Origin: a virus
Direction: 5' to 3' (one strand)
DNA: 64,000 bases
IMG/VR virus record: IMGVR_UViG_3300032217_000845
Span: 61,777-125,776 of that record
Position numbers and translations under genes: made by a program. A model generated the notes under the pieces. That model had not been told where the DNA came from and did not search any database. It saw only the letters and a program-made list of their open reading frames with translations. Below, piece by piece: positions 17,938 to 26,722 of this stretch. Position 1 is the first letter of the stretch; every line of letters starts with the position of its first letter.

Positions 17938-17956
17938 TTAGGTTAGCCTTACCTAA
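17938..17956. promoter_or_regulatory. IdeR/DtxR-type iron box (full consensus match)
   Basis: TTAGGTTAGCCTTACCTAA. Confidence 0.75.
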
Positions 17957-18581
17957 CTAACTAAGTATTAGTTAGTGCTAACTAGGTATGACTTACCCCC
18001 TTGTATGTATTACCTACCTACCTATACCCCCTACCCCTACCCCCTTATGCTTACCTATCTCTGCGGTAAGTGCTTTATAGGTTGTTTGTATCCTAATGAC
18101 TTACTTACCTAGGTAAAGACTTTCATCACTTAGATAGTCATTGACTTACTTAGTCATTGACTTACTCACTTAGTCATTGACTTACTCATCTACTCATCTA
18201 CTCATCTACCTTTGTAGTGGATAGAGTGCTTAGTGCTAAGTTGATAATCGTTAGTGTCCTAATGACTTACTTACCTAGGTAAATAATAGTTAGTTAGTGC
18301 CTAGTTCGTTAGTGTCCTAATGATAGTCGTTCGTATCCTAATGATTTCATAAACTAATAAACATAATCGTTTGTATCCTAATGATTTAGATAGTAAAGAG
18401 AGCATTGACTACCTTACATAACAATAAATAATAATGTTATGTCAAGTAAGAATTTTCGTAGCATAATACAGGAAACGATTAGCAGGAACCCCAGATACTG
18501 CAACTGCCGTCTGACCCGCCAAAAGCACTAGACGCTAAGGTATCAACTCTTCGGTACAGTAGAGCCAGAATAGGTGCTAGT

Positions 18582-19091
18582 ATGTACCTTATGGATAGAA
18601 GACCAGCAAGGAAACAGCCCCTTCCCCCAAAGGAAGCCGCTTACCTCAATACCCTCAATCAAGACGACCTTATGGCTCGCGCTTACGAACTTTACACTGC
18701 AGGCTGGACGCTGCAAGCTATCGGCGATGCCCTTGAGCCACCACGTCCCCGCAGTACTGTGCGGTCTTGGCTCCTAAGGTACCAACTCCCTGAGTCAGGC
18801 AAACCATCTAAGGTCCCGTCCCCTCTATACAAGACACATAAGGACGGCTACCAGAAGAAACGCAACTCGCCGGGGATTCTTCCAGACGAACTTGAACTGA
18901 TTCAGCAACTTGCCCCCCGTGCCCGCACATTCCGAGCCAAGATGTCATCAAACGACTCTGCCAGGGTTGCTAATGACCAGTTGACAGCTATCTGTATCCG
19001 CCTATATGATACTGGAGTCACAACTTCCGAACTTGCAAAAGCTGCTGGAGTGACGTATCGTGCAATGGTGAAACGTTTAGGAAAACGCTAA
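18582..19091 (+). CDS. Double HTH DNA-binding protein
   Basis: GWTLQAIGDAL...RSTVRSW and GVTTSELAKAAGVTYRAM helix-turn-helix patterns. Confidence 0.7.
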   Translation: MYLMDRRPARKQPLPPKEAAYLNTLNQDDLMARAYELYTAGWTLQAIGDALEPPRPRSTVRSWLLRYQLPESGKPSKVPSPLYKTHKDGYQKKRNSPGILPDELELIQQLAPRARTFRAKMSSNDSARVANDQLTAICIRLYDTGVTTSELAKAAGVTYRAMVKRLGKR

Positions 19092-19248
19092 ATTTGACAC
19101 CAACCCCGAAAAGGTGTGCTAGTCTTTTACATGGAGAGCTTATCTCGCAGTAAAAGCGAAGGTAGGCTCTTTCGCATAACTGAATAAAGTGTCACTTCGA
19201 CAATAAACGACCCCAGTGCTAACTAACAAGGAAAGGTAAGGTCGCTAA

Positions 19249-19830
19249 ATGAAAAAGTCCATTATTGCAGCAGTTACAGTGCTGACTTTAGCTGGATGTT
19301 CAGCATCAGCAGTAGCTTCAACTATCGCCCCGAAAGACGAGGCGGTATTGCAAATTACTAATGAAAAAACACACAACGTTCTTGAGACCAAAAATCTCAT
19401 ACAACTTGTTAAGTCCCAACGTAATCTGATTCAAATGAAGAAGGTTATTAAATATCTGAAAACTCGTGAGCACCGCACGTCTTACGTTTTTTCGGGTTCC
19501 AGCCCTAGAGGCTGGGATTGTTCAGGTCTGGTCCGATGGACCTATGAGAGGTTCGGCCTGGAATTACCCCACTCCGCCAATAAGCAAGCCCATATCGGCA
19601 AGCGTGTATCTAATCCAGTTCCTGGAGATATTGTTGTGTTCGCCTATAAAGGCAGTACCAATTTCTATCACGCTGCTATCTACATTGGCAATGGTAAAAT
19701 CATCAATGCTCACTACGAAGCTGGAACTACAATCATTCAACCTTTGAGTGATTACAAGAACAACCAGATTCGTTTTGTTCGGGTGATTGAACAAGCACAG
19801 GCAAAGGTTAATGGAGGACTGAACCCATAA
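19249..19830 (+). CDS. NlpC/P60 (C40) peptidoglycan peptidase, predicted lipoprotein
   Basis: Signal peptide with LAGC lipobox; GWDCSGLV, PGDIVVF, HAAIYIGNGKIINA. Confidence 0.9.
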   Translation: MKKSIIAAVTVLTLAGCSASAVASTIAPKDEAVLQITNEKTHNVLETKNLIQLVKSQRNLIQMKKVIKYLKTREHRTSYVFSGSSPRGWDCSGLVRWTYERFGLELPHSANKQAHIGKRVSNPVPGDIVVFAYKGSTNFYHAAIYIGNGKIINAHYEAGTTIIQPLSDYKNNQIRFVRVIEQAQAKVNGGLNP

Positions 19831-19894
19831 GCTTGAGCCCTGGGACATGGCTTAAAACTGTCCCACTTTACATTTTGTGTGCTAGGGTTGTGGC

Positions 19895-20056
19895 ATGACT
19901 ACAGAAATCCTAGTGGGCCTAGTTGCCCTAGCTATTATCGCCAGTGTGAGTATCTTTACTTACATCATCATTGTGGCTCGCCGCAATAAAGCTAAGAGGC
20001 AGCTACAAACTCTTCTTGGTGCCGTCTACCCATCCGCTAACAGAAAGACAAAGTAA
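19895..20056 (+). CDS. 53-aa single-TM protein
   Basis: MTTEILVGLVALAIIASVSIFTYIIIV followed by a basic tail. Confidence 0.6.
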   Translation: MTTEILVGLVALAIIASVSIFTYIIIVARRNKAKRQLQTLLGAVYPSANRKTK

Positions 20057-20223
20057 TGACCCGATTCCTAACATTCTTACGCTCACTGATTTGGACCTCG
20101 GTTCTGTCAGTGGTTGCTATCGTCGCCGCAGTTATTGCGACACTACTCCACCCAGAGGCAGCTACCCTGAGTATCGTTCTAGCAGTCTCAGCTGTAGCTC
20201 TGGCACTACTCTCTAAGGACTAA
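20056..20223 (+). CDS. 55-aa 2-TM protein
   Basis: TAATG overlap; two hydrophobic helices. Confidence 0.6.
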   Translation: MTRFLTFLRSLIWTSVLSVVAIVAAVIATLLHPEAATLSIVLAVSAVALALLSKD

Positions 20224-20225
20224 AT

Positions 20226-20414
20226 ATGGACTGGTGGTTTATTGCGCTGACCATCTTTGGTCTAGTCGCTATCGTAATAGTCGCAGGCATTGCTTTCGTT
20301 TTACTAGAGGCAGCGTTTAGCGGATGGGCACAGGCTGACATTGATGGTCACGATGACTATGACAGCCTAGACGACCTAGATGACATTTTTAGAAAGAAGA
20401 ATTACGGTGATTAG
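20226..20414 (+). CDS. Single-TM membrane protein
   Basis: Hydrophobic N-terminus, acidic tail. Confidence 0.65.
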   Translation: MDWWFIALTIFGLVAIVIVAGIAFVLLEAAFSGWAQADIDGHDDYDSLDDLDDIFRKKNYGD

Positions 20415-20685
20415 TCTTATTGTTCACAATGCAGAAGAGTTCCAAGCAGCCCTACCAAGAACAGGACTGTTCGAGATGTTTGATTGCGCTATTGAAATCA
20501 ATGCTCCCCAGAACTACCCAGTTCACGAAGTCGAGCAGATGGTTAAGATTCTTCAATACAGCATCAATGTCACCGATGTGAAGGTTTTAATCACTCCAGA
20601 AGATGGCGATGACGTACACGTAGTTATTACGGATACGCCTTATAACCCAACGAAAAGAAGAACCCCGGCTCGACCAAAGCCTTAA
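20407..20685 (+). CDS. Hypothetical protein
   Basis: GTG start overlapping the end of the previous ORF. Confidence 0.6.
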   Translation: MISLIVHNAEEFQAALPRTGLFEMFDCAIEINAPQNYPVHEVEQMVKILQYSINVTDVKVLITPEDGDDVHVVITDTPYNPTKRRTPARPKP

Positions 20686-20785
20686 AAATCTGGAAAAATT
20701 TTTCCAAAAAAATCGCTCTGGACTTGACATAACGAAACTGTAACACTTACACTGAAATAACGACGTCTATACAAGGAGAAAAAAC

Positions 20786-21340
20786 ATGGCTACGCCGTAC
20801 ATTAAGAAACACCAGGTTCTTCCTGGAAACATCAAAGCTGCATTTGACAGCATCATTGATAGCGATACAAGAGACGCACTTATCTATGACCTTCGCAAGG
20901 TCGAGTGGACTCTTGAGTCAATCGCGTCTGCATCTGGACTTACTCGTGAACGAGTACGTCAAATCTCTCTTACAAAACCTGCAGAGGCTGTACGAGACGA
21001 GAGTCTAGAAATCCCTACTCCGCCCCTAAAGCCAGAGCGTGTACGCCCTGTCTATATCGAGCCAGTACCAGAGACTCTTGCACGCCTACTAGAACTACAG
21101 CCGTTTGCACAGCTTGTCCGCTCTAACGGAACTAAGTACCGTGCAGAAGCAGAAGAATACACAGCACTACTTAACCACGCCCACGTTGTTGAAGGTGTAA
21201 CTCTTTACCGACTAGCTAAGCGTCTTGGAGTTACTCACGGTGCACTGCGCTTCCGTCTAGTTCGCTACGGCTACAAGACTCCAGTAAACGCAACCTCTAA
21301 GGTTTACACTCCAATTCTTGCCGAGAATCGAGCCAAGTAA
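20786..21340 (+). CDS. Double HTH DNA-binding protein (sigma region-4-like LTRERVRQI); paralog of 18582
   Basis: WTLESIASASGLTRERVRQI and GVTLYRLAKRLGVTHGAL; RBS AAGGAG. Confidence 0.75.
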   Translation: MATPYIKKHQVLPGNIKAAFDSIIDSDTRDALIYDLRKVEWTLESIASASGLTRERVRQISLTKPAEAVRDESLEIPTPPLKPERVRPVYIEPVPETLARLLELQPFAQLVRSNGTKYRAEAEEYTALLNHAHVVEGVTLYRLAKRLGVTHGALRFRLVRYGYKTPVNATSKVYTPILAENRAK

Positions 21341-21633
21341 TGTCCCTTACTTTAGAAGTTCTACACGAAACCCCTCTCCAACATGTTCGGGAGCAGGGGC
21401 TAGGACTCAACTTCCGAGTCCTAAATCCTGAAGATGGTTTCCGAAAGGACAACTCACTCTGGTTCGGAACGTGTGATACTTGCGGAGAGCATGTTTCAAA
21501 CTCTTTGCACAAAAAGTTCTGGGCGCATACTGCGGTTCTAGAAGTTAAGTATCACGCAGATGGAAAGAGTATCCTTTCCCAGAAGTCAATACAAATCGAC
21601 TACTGCCCTCTAGGTGATATCGTAGTGGACTAG
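21340..21633 (+). CDS. Hypothetical protein
   Basis: TAATG coupling; contains CxxC. Confidence 0.6.
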   Translation: MSLTLEVLHETPLQHVREQGLGLNFRVLNPEDGFRKDNSLWFGTCDTCGEHVSNSLHKKFWAHTAVLEVKYHADGKSILSQKSIQIDYCPLGDIVVD

Positions 21634-21642
21634 AATATACCT

Positions 21643-23028
21643 ATGGGTAAATCAATCATGGAGCAGCTTGCTCTTCTGTCACCGGAAGAGCAGGCTCTCG
21701 CTTTACAGGGTATGGACCCAGACCAACTCCTCTGGGACTGGTCTGTTTGGGGCCGCCCCGAGCAGCAAGCACCTGAAGGGGACTGGAACGTTTGGCTTGT
21801 ACTAGCGGGTCGTGGTTTTGGTAAGACAAGACTTGCATCCGAATGGGTGCGTGAACAGGCTCGATACACAACTACTGGCCAAAGACGTTTCGCACTTGTT
21901 GCTCGTACTGCTGGAGACGTTCGAGACGTTATTGTTGAAGGTGAGTCAGGCATTATGAATGTCACGCCGCCATCCGAGCGTCCACTATACGAGCCGTCCA
22001 AGCGACGCCTAACTTGGCCCAACGGAAACGTTGCCTCACTCTTTACTGCTGACGAACCAGACTCTCTCCGTGGACCTCAGTTCACTCACGCTTGGGGAGA
22101 TGAGATAGCTGCGTGGAGACAAACTCCAGATGCCGCAGGTATGACTGCCTTTGACAACCTTCGTGTTGGTACTCGTCTTGGTACTCGTCCAAAAATCTTA
22201 GTCACTACTACCCCGAAGCGTACTCCGCTTCTTTACAAACTTATTGAAGAATCCCGAACCGACCGAGTTGTTGTTACTAAGGGTTCTACCATGGACAACG
22301 CTGGAAACCTCTCTGGTGCTTATCTAGACACAATGCTTGGCGTTTACGAGGGAACAGCCCTTGCTCGTCAGGAGCTTTATGGTGAAATGCTTGAAGCTCT
22401 CGAAGGTGCCATGTGGACCGAAGAGTCCATCGAAGCTGGACGCCAGATGAACATGCCTCAATCAACTCCCCTACGATGTATCGGCGTTGACCCGTCTGTT
22501 GCTGAAAACCCACGTGACGAATGTGGAATTGTTGTTGTTGCCTCTACTTCAGAGCATGACCTGTACAAGCGTCAAGCCTGGGTTCTTGAAGATGCCAGCA
22601 TCCATGGCTCTCCAGATGTCTGGGCTAATCAAGTTGTGAAGATGGCTCGTAAATGGGGCTGCCCAGTTATCGCCGAAGTCAACCAGGGTGGTGCACTTGT
22701 AAGAAACGCCATCAATACAATTGACCCGACTGTCAAGGTTCTTGAAGTTCACTCTAAGCAGGGTAAGCAACTTCGTGCAGAGCCAATCACTATGGCGTAT
22801 CAGCAAGAACGTGTTCACCACGTTGGTCACGCACTTACCGACCTCGAGACACAAATGATTACTTGGATTCCAGGAGAGGGCAAATCTCCTGACCGCGTTG
22901 ATGCACTCGTTCACGCACTAACTGCGCTGCTCATCAAACCACCAGCAGGATTCTCTGGCGGAAAGATTCGTGCAAAGTCAATGGCTAACCGACGCATCGG
23001 TGGCAATGGCGGATTTAGGGTAAGATAA
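21643..23028 (+). CDS. terL: Terminase large subunit
   Basis: Walker A AGRGFGKT, LRGPQF, Walker B AWGDE, TTTP, nuclease GVDPS and SPDRVDALV. Confidence 0.95.
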   Translation: MGKSIMEQLALLSPEEQALALQGMDPDQLLWDWSVWGRPEQQAPEGDWNVWLVLAGRGFGKTRLASEWVREQARYTTTGQRRFALVARTAGDVRDVIVEGESGIMNVTPPSERPLYEPSKRRLTWPNGNVASLFTADEPDSLRGPQFTHAWGDEIAAWRQTPDAAGMTAFDNLRVGTRLGTRPKILVTTTPKRTPLLYKLIEESRTDRVVVTKGSTMDNAGNLSGAYLDTMLGVYEGTALARQELYGEMLEALEGAMWTEESIEAGRQMNMPQSTPLRCIGVDPSVAENPRDECGIVVVASTSEHDLYKRQAWVLEDASIHGSPDVWANQVVKMARKWGCPVIAEVNQGGALVRNAINTIDPTVKVLEVHSKQGKQLRAEPITMAYQQERVHHVGHALTDLETQMITWIPGEGKSPDRVDALVHALTALLIKPPAGFSGGKIRAKSMANRRIGGNGGFRVR

Positions 23029-23387
23029 TGAGAATAATTACAGATATTTTTCCAGCACACTTGGTGGCGGTACCCGCAGGCGTTTTTGGGTCTCCTTGGG
23101 AGATTGAAAGTGACCCACCTAGCCCAGAGGGGCACTATGTTGGCAAAGCACGGGTAGTTTTGACCGAAAAGATGATAGTTGTAGCAGTAGATGGTCCCGA
23201 AGGAGCAGTAATTGCCTTCCGAGAGAACTATGTAGACTACATTAAGTCTAATAAACAGACCGAAAATAGCTTTATAACCACCGAAAGTGGAAAAATGCTA
23301 GCTTTCAAGAAGGATTTAGGTTGCGGATGCGGCTCTAGACTCCGTTCTTGGCACGCATACAACACTTTGACAGCTCTGGAGGGCTAA
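23028..23387 (+). CDS. Hypothetical protein (GCGCGSRLR motif)
   Basis: Coupled to terL. Confidence 0.7.
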   Translation: MRIITDIFPAHLVAVPAGVFGSPWEIESDPPSPEGHYVGKARVVLTEKMIVVAVDGPEGAVIAFRENYVDYIKSNKQTENSFITTESGKMLAFKKDLGCGCGSRLRSWHAYNTLTALEG

Positions 23388-23678
23388 ATGACAGCAATAG
23401 ACCCGTTCACATTCGTAATTCTTGCCCTAGCGGCGTTCAGAATTACCCGTTTAATCACTACAGACACCATTTTTGACCCTCTAAGGGAGAAAATCTGGAA
23501 TAAGTTCCCCCCAAACCGCATCAACATCGGTTACCTCATCACTTGTGACTGGTGTACAAGCATTTGGGTTGCTCCAATCGTGATTTTTTCGTATCTTCTT
23601 GTTCCATCAGTTGTATTTGTGGTATCATTAGTCTTAGCAACCTCTGCCGTTGTTGGATTTTTAGCCGCACGGAGTTAA
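23388..23678 (+). CDS. DUF1360-like membrane protein
   Basis: LALAAFRITRLITTD.IF..LR...LITC.WC.SIW pattern. Confidence 0.75.
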   Translation: MTAIDPFTFVILALAAFRITRLITTDTIFDPLREKIWNKFPPNRINIGYLITCDWCTSIWVAPIVIFSYLLVPSVVFVVSLVLATSAVVGFLAARS

Positions 23679-23711
23679 TTCCGTTCCGTTATCGAAGACA
23701 GGGAGTCCCTC

Positions 23712-25520
23712 TTGGGCATTTTCAAGCGTGAATCTGGTAAACAGACACGTCAACCAACTTCTAATGGAGTTCGCGCTACCAATCCTGGTGCACGCCCATT
23801 AAATCCAGCACCACTCTATAGAGACTCTTTTGGAGTTGTCTACCAGCAGCCACTACCTTTCAACGAGCCTCGACCTCTTACTGCAGCCGCTGCCCAAATC
23901 AAAATTGGTGACGTAGGAGAGGCTCAAGTCTTCAAATCTCGCCGTCAGTCGGCATCTTCTGCTTGGCAGAAGGAAGCTTGGGAGTATTACGACGCAATTG
24001 GTGAAATCAAGTACGCTTTTAACCTTGTTGCCTCTGTTGTCTCCCGTATTCGTCTTTACGCTGCCAGTATTGATGACCCAGCCGAGGCCCCTGTTACTGT
24101 ACGCAAGTCAGAGGTGGTAAGTCCAGAGCTTGCAGCCGCAGCAGAGCGTGCTCTTGACCGACTTAACAGTGCTTACGGAGGTCAGTCAGGTCTTTTGAAG
24201 GACACTGCCCTAAATCTTCAGGTTACTGGCGAATGCTACCTAGTTCAGGTTCCAGAGCGTATCGGAACTGGACTTCCAGAGTCATGGGACATTCGTAGCA
24301 CCGACGAACTTCAAGTTGACGCCAAGGGTAACTACATGATTAACCCTCGCCGTGAAGTTGGCAATGGTGGTGGCAGCGTAATGTCTGCAGGTAACGCAGA
24401 AGTCATCAGACTGCCTAAGACAGCCTTCATTGGTCGTATCTGGAAGTCGCACCCACGTTACTCACAGGAGGCTGATAGCTCGCTACGTGGCCTTCTAGAC
24501 CTATGTGCAGAACTACTACTCTTGAACCGCACATTCCGTGCAACGGCGCGTTCCCGTCTGAACGCTGGTGCCCTTTATCTTCCAGACGGTCTCTCTGTTG
24601 CAGCGTCTCCAGACCCTGACTACCCATACGACGAGAATGGTGTCTACAACGAGAAGTACAACCCTGAAGAGGCTGCCGACGACTTTGAAGACCAACTTAT
24701 TGATGCAATGCTTACTCCTATTAAGGATGAAGACTCTGCCTCAGCTGTAGTCCCACTTATCATTCGTGGTCCTGCAGAACTTGGTGATAAGATTAAGCAG
24801 TTCAAGTTTGAGCGCAGCTTTGACCCTGCTCTAGCAGAGCGCTCAGAGCGTGTCCTAGAACGCATCATGCAGGGACTAGACGTCCCTAAGGATATTGTTT
24901 CGGGTCTAGCTAACGTCAAGTATTCAAACGCTCTACAGATTGACGAGAGCCTCTACAAGGCACACATCGAGCCATTGATGTTGCTAATTGCAGATGCTGT
25001 AACAGTTGTCTACTTGCGCCCATACCTAATCTCGATTGGCTACTCCGAAGCTGAAGTTAGCCGTCTTGTTATTTGGTATGACCCAAGCCAGGTTGCTACT
25101 CGTAATGACCGTGCAGCAGACGCAGACGCTGGTTTTGATAAGCTTGCAGTTTCTTACGACAGTTGGAGACGTGCTCACGGATTCTCAGACCAGGATGCTC
25201 CAGATGCAACTGAGCTTGCCCTGCGTTTGATTATCAACAAGGGTGCTATCACTCCAGAACTTACTGAAGCTATGCTCGGTGCCGTTTCTCCAGACCTTAT
25301 GGAGAAGGTAAAGGGCGTTGCTCAGCAAAACTCGATTGCTCCTGTTCCGCCTGAGATTGAGCAGGCACTTAGTGGACAAGCACCAGGAGCTGCTCCTGAA
25401 GGAGCTCCAGCAACCGAAGCGGCTCCTCCTGGACTCGCTGAACCTGCACCAGCACAACCGACCGTAACAAACACCGAGGCTTCTCCACCCCCACCAGGGC
25501 TAGCCGAACCAAGCGCATAG
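23712..25520 (+). CDS. Portal protein
   Basis: About 600 aa, follows terL; WQKEAWEYYDAIGEIKYA N-terminal pattern of actinophage portals; Pro/Ala-rich tail. Confidence 0.85.
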   Translation: MGIFKRESGKQTRQPTSNGVRATNPGARPLNPAPLYRDSFGVVYQQPLPFNEPRPLTAAAAQIKIGDVGEAQVFKSRRQSASSAWQKEAWEYYDAIGEIKYAFNLVASVVSRIRLYAASIDDPAEAPVTVRKSEVVSPELAAAAERALDRLNSAYGGQSGLLKDTALNLQVTGECYLVQVPERIGTGLPESWDIRSTDELQVDAKGNYMINPRREVGNGGGSVMSAGNAEVIRLPKTAFIGRIWKSHPRYSQEADSSLRGLLDLCAELLLLNRTFRATARSRLNAGALYLPDGLSVAASPDPDYPYDENGVYNEKYNPEEAADDFEDQLIDAMLTPIKDEDSASAVVPLIIRGPAELGDKIKQFKFERSFDPALAERSERVLERIMQGLDVPKDIVSGLANVKYSNALQIDESLYKAHIEPLMLLIADAVTVVYLRPYLISIGYSEAEVSRLVIWYDPSQVATRNDRAADADAGFDKLAVSYDSWRRAHGFSDQDAPDATELALRLIINKGAITPELTEAMLGAVSPDLMEKVKGVAQQNSIAPVPPEIEQALSGQAPGAAPEGAPATEAAPPGLAEPAPAQPTVTNTEASPPPPGLAEPSA

Positions 25521-25531
25521 GAAAATAAAAC

Positions 25532-26023
25532 ATGGAGCACGACGCAATTTCTATTAATTTAACTTCTTCTAAAGGAAGTCCGGCACTAGCACAGGCACTG
25601 GCTAAGCTTCTTGGCTCGGTTGTTGTCTTCAAGTTCACAGCTCATGGCTTCCACTGGAACGTCAAGGGCAAGGACTTCCGCGAGTACCACGACTTCTTCG
25701 GGGCAATCTATGAAGACGTTGATGGCTCAATTGACCCAACAGCGGAGAACATTCTTAAGCTTGGCTACGATGCTCCATACATGCTAAGCGACTTTATTGA
25801 GCTATCATGCCTTGCTCCCCGAGAGCGTGTCACTACTGGCGACTGCCACCAGATGGCTCAAATTCTTGAGGCTGACAACGTTAAGTTGCTTCAGGAACTC
25901 GTTGGAGCTTTCGATATTGCTAATAGCTGCAACGAACAGGGAGTTGCAAACTTCCTTGCAGAGCGTATTGACATGCACCAAAAGTGGCAGTGGCAACTAC
26001 GAGCAACACTAAACATTCAGTAA
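25532..26023 (+). CDS. dps: Dps-family mini-ferritin
   Basis: HGFHWNVKG.DF.EYH.FF..IYE.....D..AE ferroxidase signature and C-terminal HQKWQWQL. Confidence 0.92.
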   Translation: MEHDAISINLTSSKGSPALAQALAKLLGSVVVFKFTAHGFHWNVKGKDFREYHDFFGAIYEDVDGSIDPTAENILKLGYDAPYMLSDFIELSCLAPRERVTTGDCHQMAQILEADNVKLLQELVGAFDIANSCNEQGVANFLAERIDMHQKWQWQLRATLNIQ

Positions 26024-26042
26024 TCATTAGGTAGGAAACTAT

Positions 26043-26720
26043 ATGTCCGGATATCTGTCAGAAGTACTAACTGACGTCACTGCTACCACGGCTAGTGGCG
26101 GTACTGGTGTATCTGCACCCGTGCTGAAAGAGGGAGATATTCAGCCAGCAAAGAAGAGCCCCACTCTAAAGCCGAAGAAGGTTCAATTCTCTAAGGCAGT
26201 AGAATCTGCTCTAGCGCAGAAGTACAAAGAATGCAGCACTGTTCTAAACGACGGGTCTAAAACTCCACAGCTTGATGCGTTCCGTGTAGTGTACCGAAGA
26301 GGAGCTAGCTCGTACGACAACGCTGACACTGGAACACTTAGCCGCCACGACTGGGCTATGGCAAGAGTCAATGCTTTCAGTGCTCTAGTTCAGGACGCTG
26401 CACTTGTAAGCTCTGCTTACAGTTCCGATGATGACTTGCTCCCTCCAACGCACTCACGTTCTAACGGAGCAACGCAGAACTATTCTGCTGACCTAACTGT
26501 CTCGATTCTCCCTGAGGACGAGTACGAATCTCAGGAGCAGGCAATCTTTGCACTAGCAGAGTTGTCTGGTCTTGGCTATGAAACAATCCCCGCTATTCGT
26601 ACCGCATGGGTACGAGCAGCTAACAAAAATGAAAACCCATTTGAGCGTGCAGCAGTACTTGCTTCTGCTCTCTACGACAGCCCAGATGCTGACCTGCTCC
26701 CAAAGAAAGGTATTCTCTAA
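26043..26720 (+). CDS. Head-module hypothetical protein (VYRRGA...WAMARVNAF motif)
   Basis: Position between portal and protease; RBS AGGAAA. Confidence 0.75.
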   Translation: MSGYLSEVLTDVTATTASGGTGVSAPVLKEGDIQPAKKSPTLKPKKVQFSKAVESALAQKYKECSTVLNDGSKTPQLDAFRVVYRRGASSYDNADTGTLSRHDWAMARVNAFSALVQDAALVSSAYSSDDDLLPPTHSRSNGATQNYSADLTVSILPEDEYESQEQAIFALAELSGLGYETIPAIRTAWVRAANKNENPFERAAVLASALYDSPDADLLPKKGIL

Positions 26721-26722
26721 GA

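Larger units (their letters stand above)
16810..18450. repeat. ORF-free low-complexity, repeat-rich region
   Basis: (CTTCG)n runs, TGCGGTAATGCTTCTA x4, GTTAT 11-bp repeats, GTCATTGACTTACT x3, TCCTAATGA x5, TTACCTAGGTAA x2. Confidence 0.85.

Noticed and set aside
17560-17960. Telomere-like TTAGG repeats
   Set aside because: Only 2-3 units each, forming 19-bp palindromes that are better explained as IdeR/DtxR boxes.
18224-18295. CIRCE (HrcA) operator
   Set aside because: Only AGTGCTAA-like half-sites; no TTAGCACTC-N9-GAGTGCTAA.
19095-19250. c-di-AMP (ydaO) riboswitch before the cell-wall hydrolase
   Set aside because: The context fits, but the conserved GCUGAAUCC/GGAACC/GUCAGCUAAC segments are not present.
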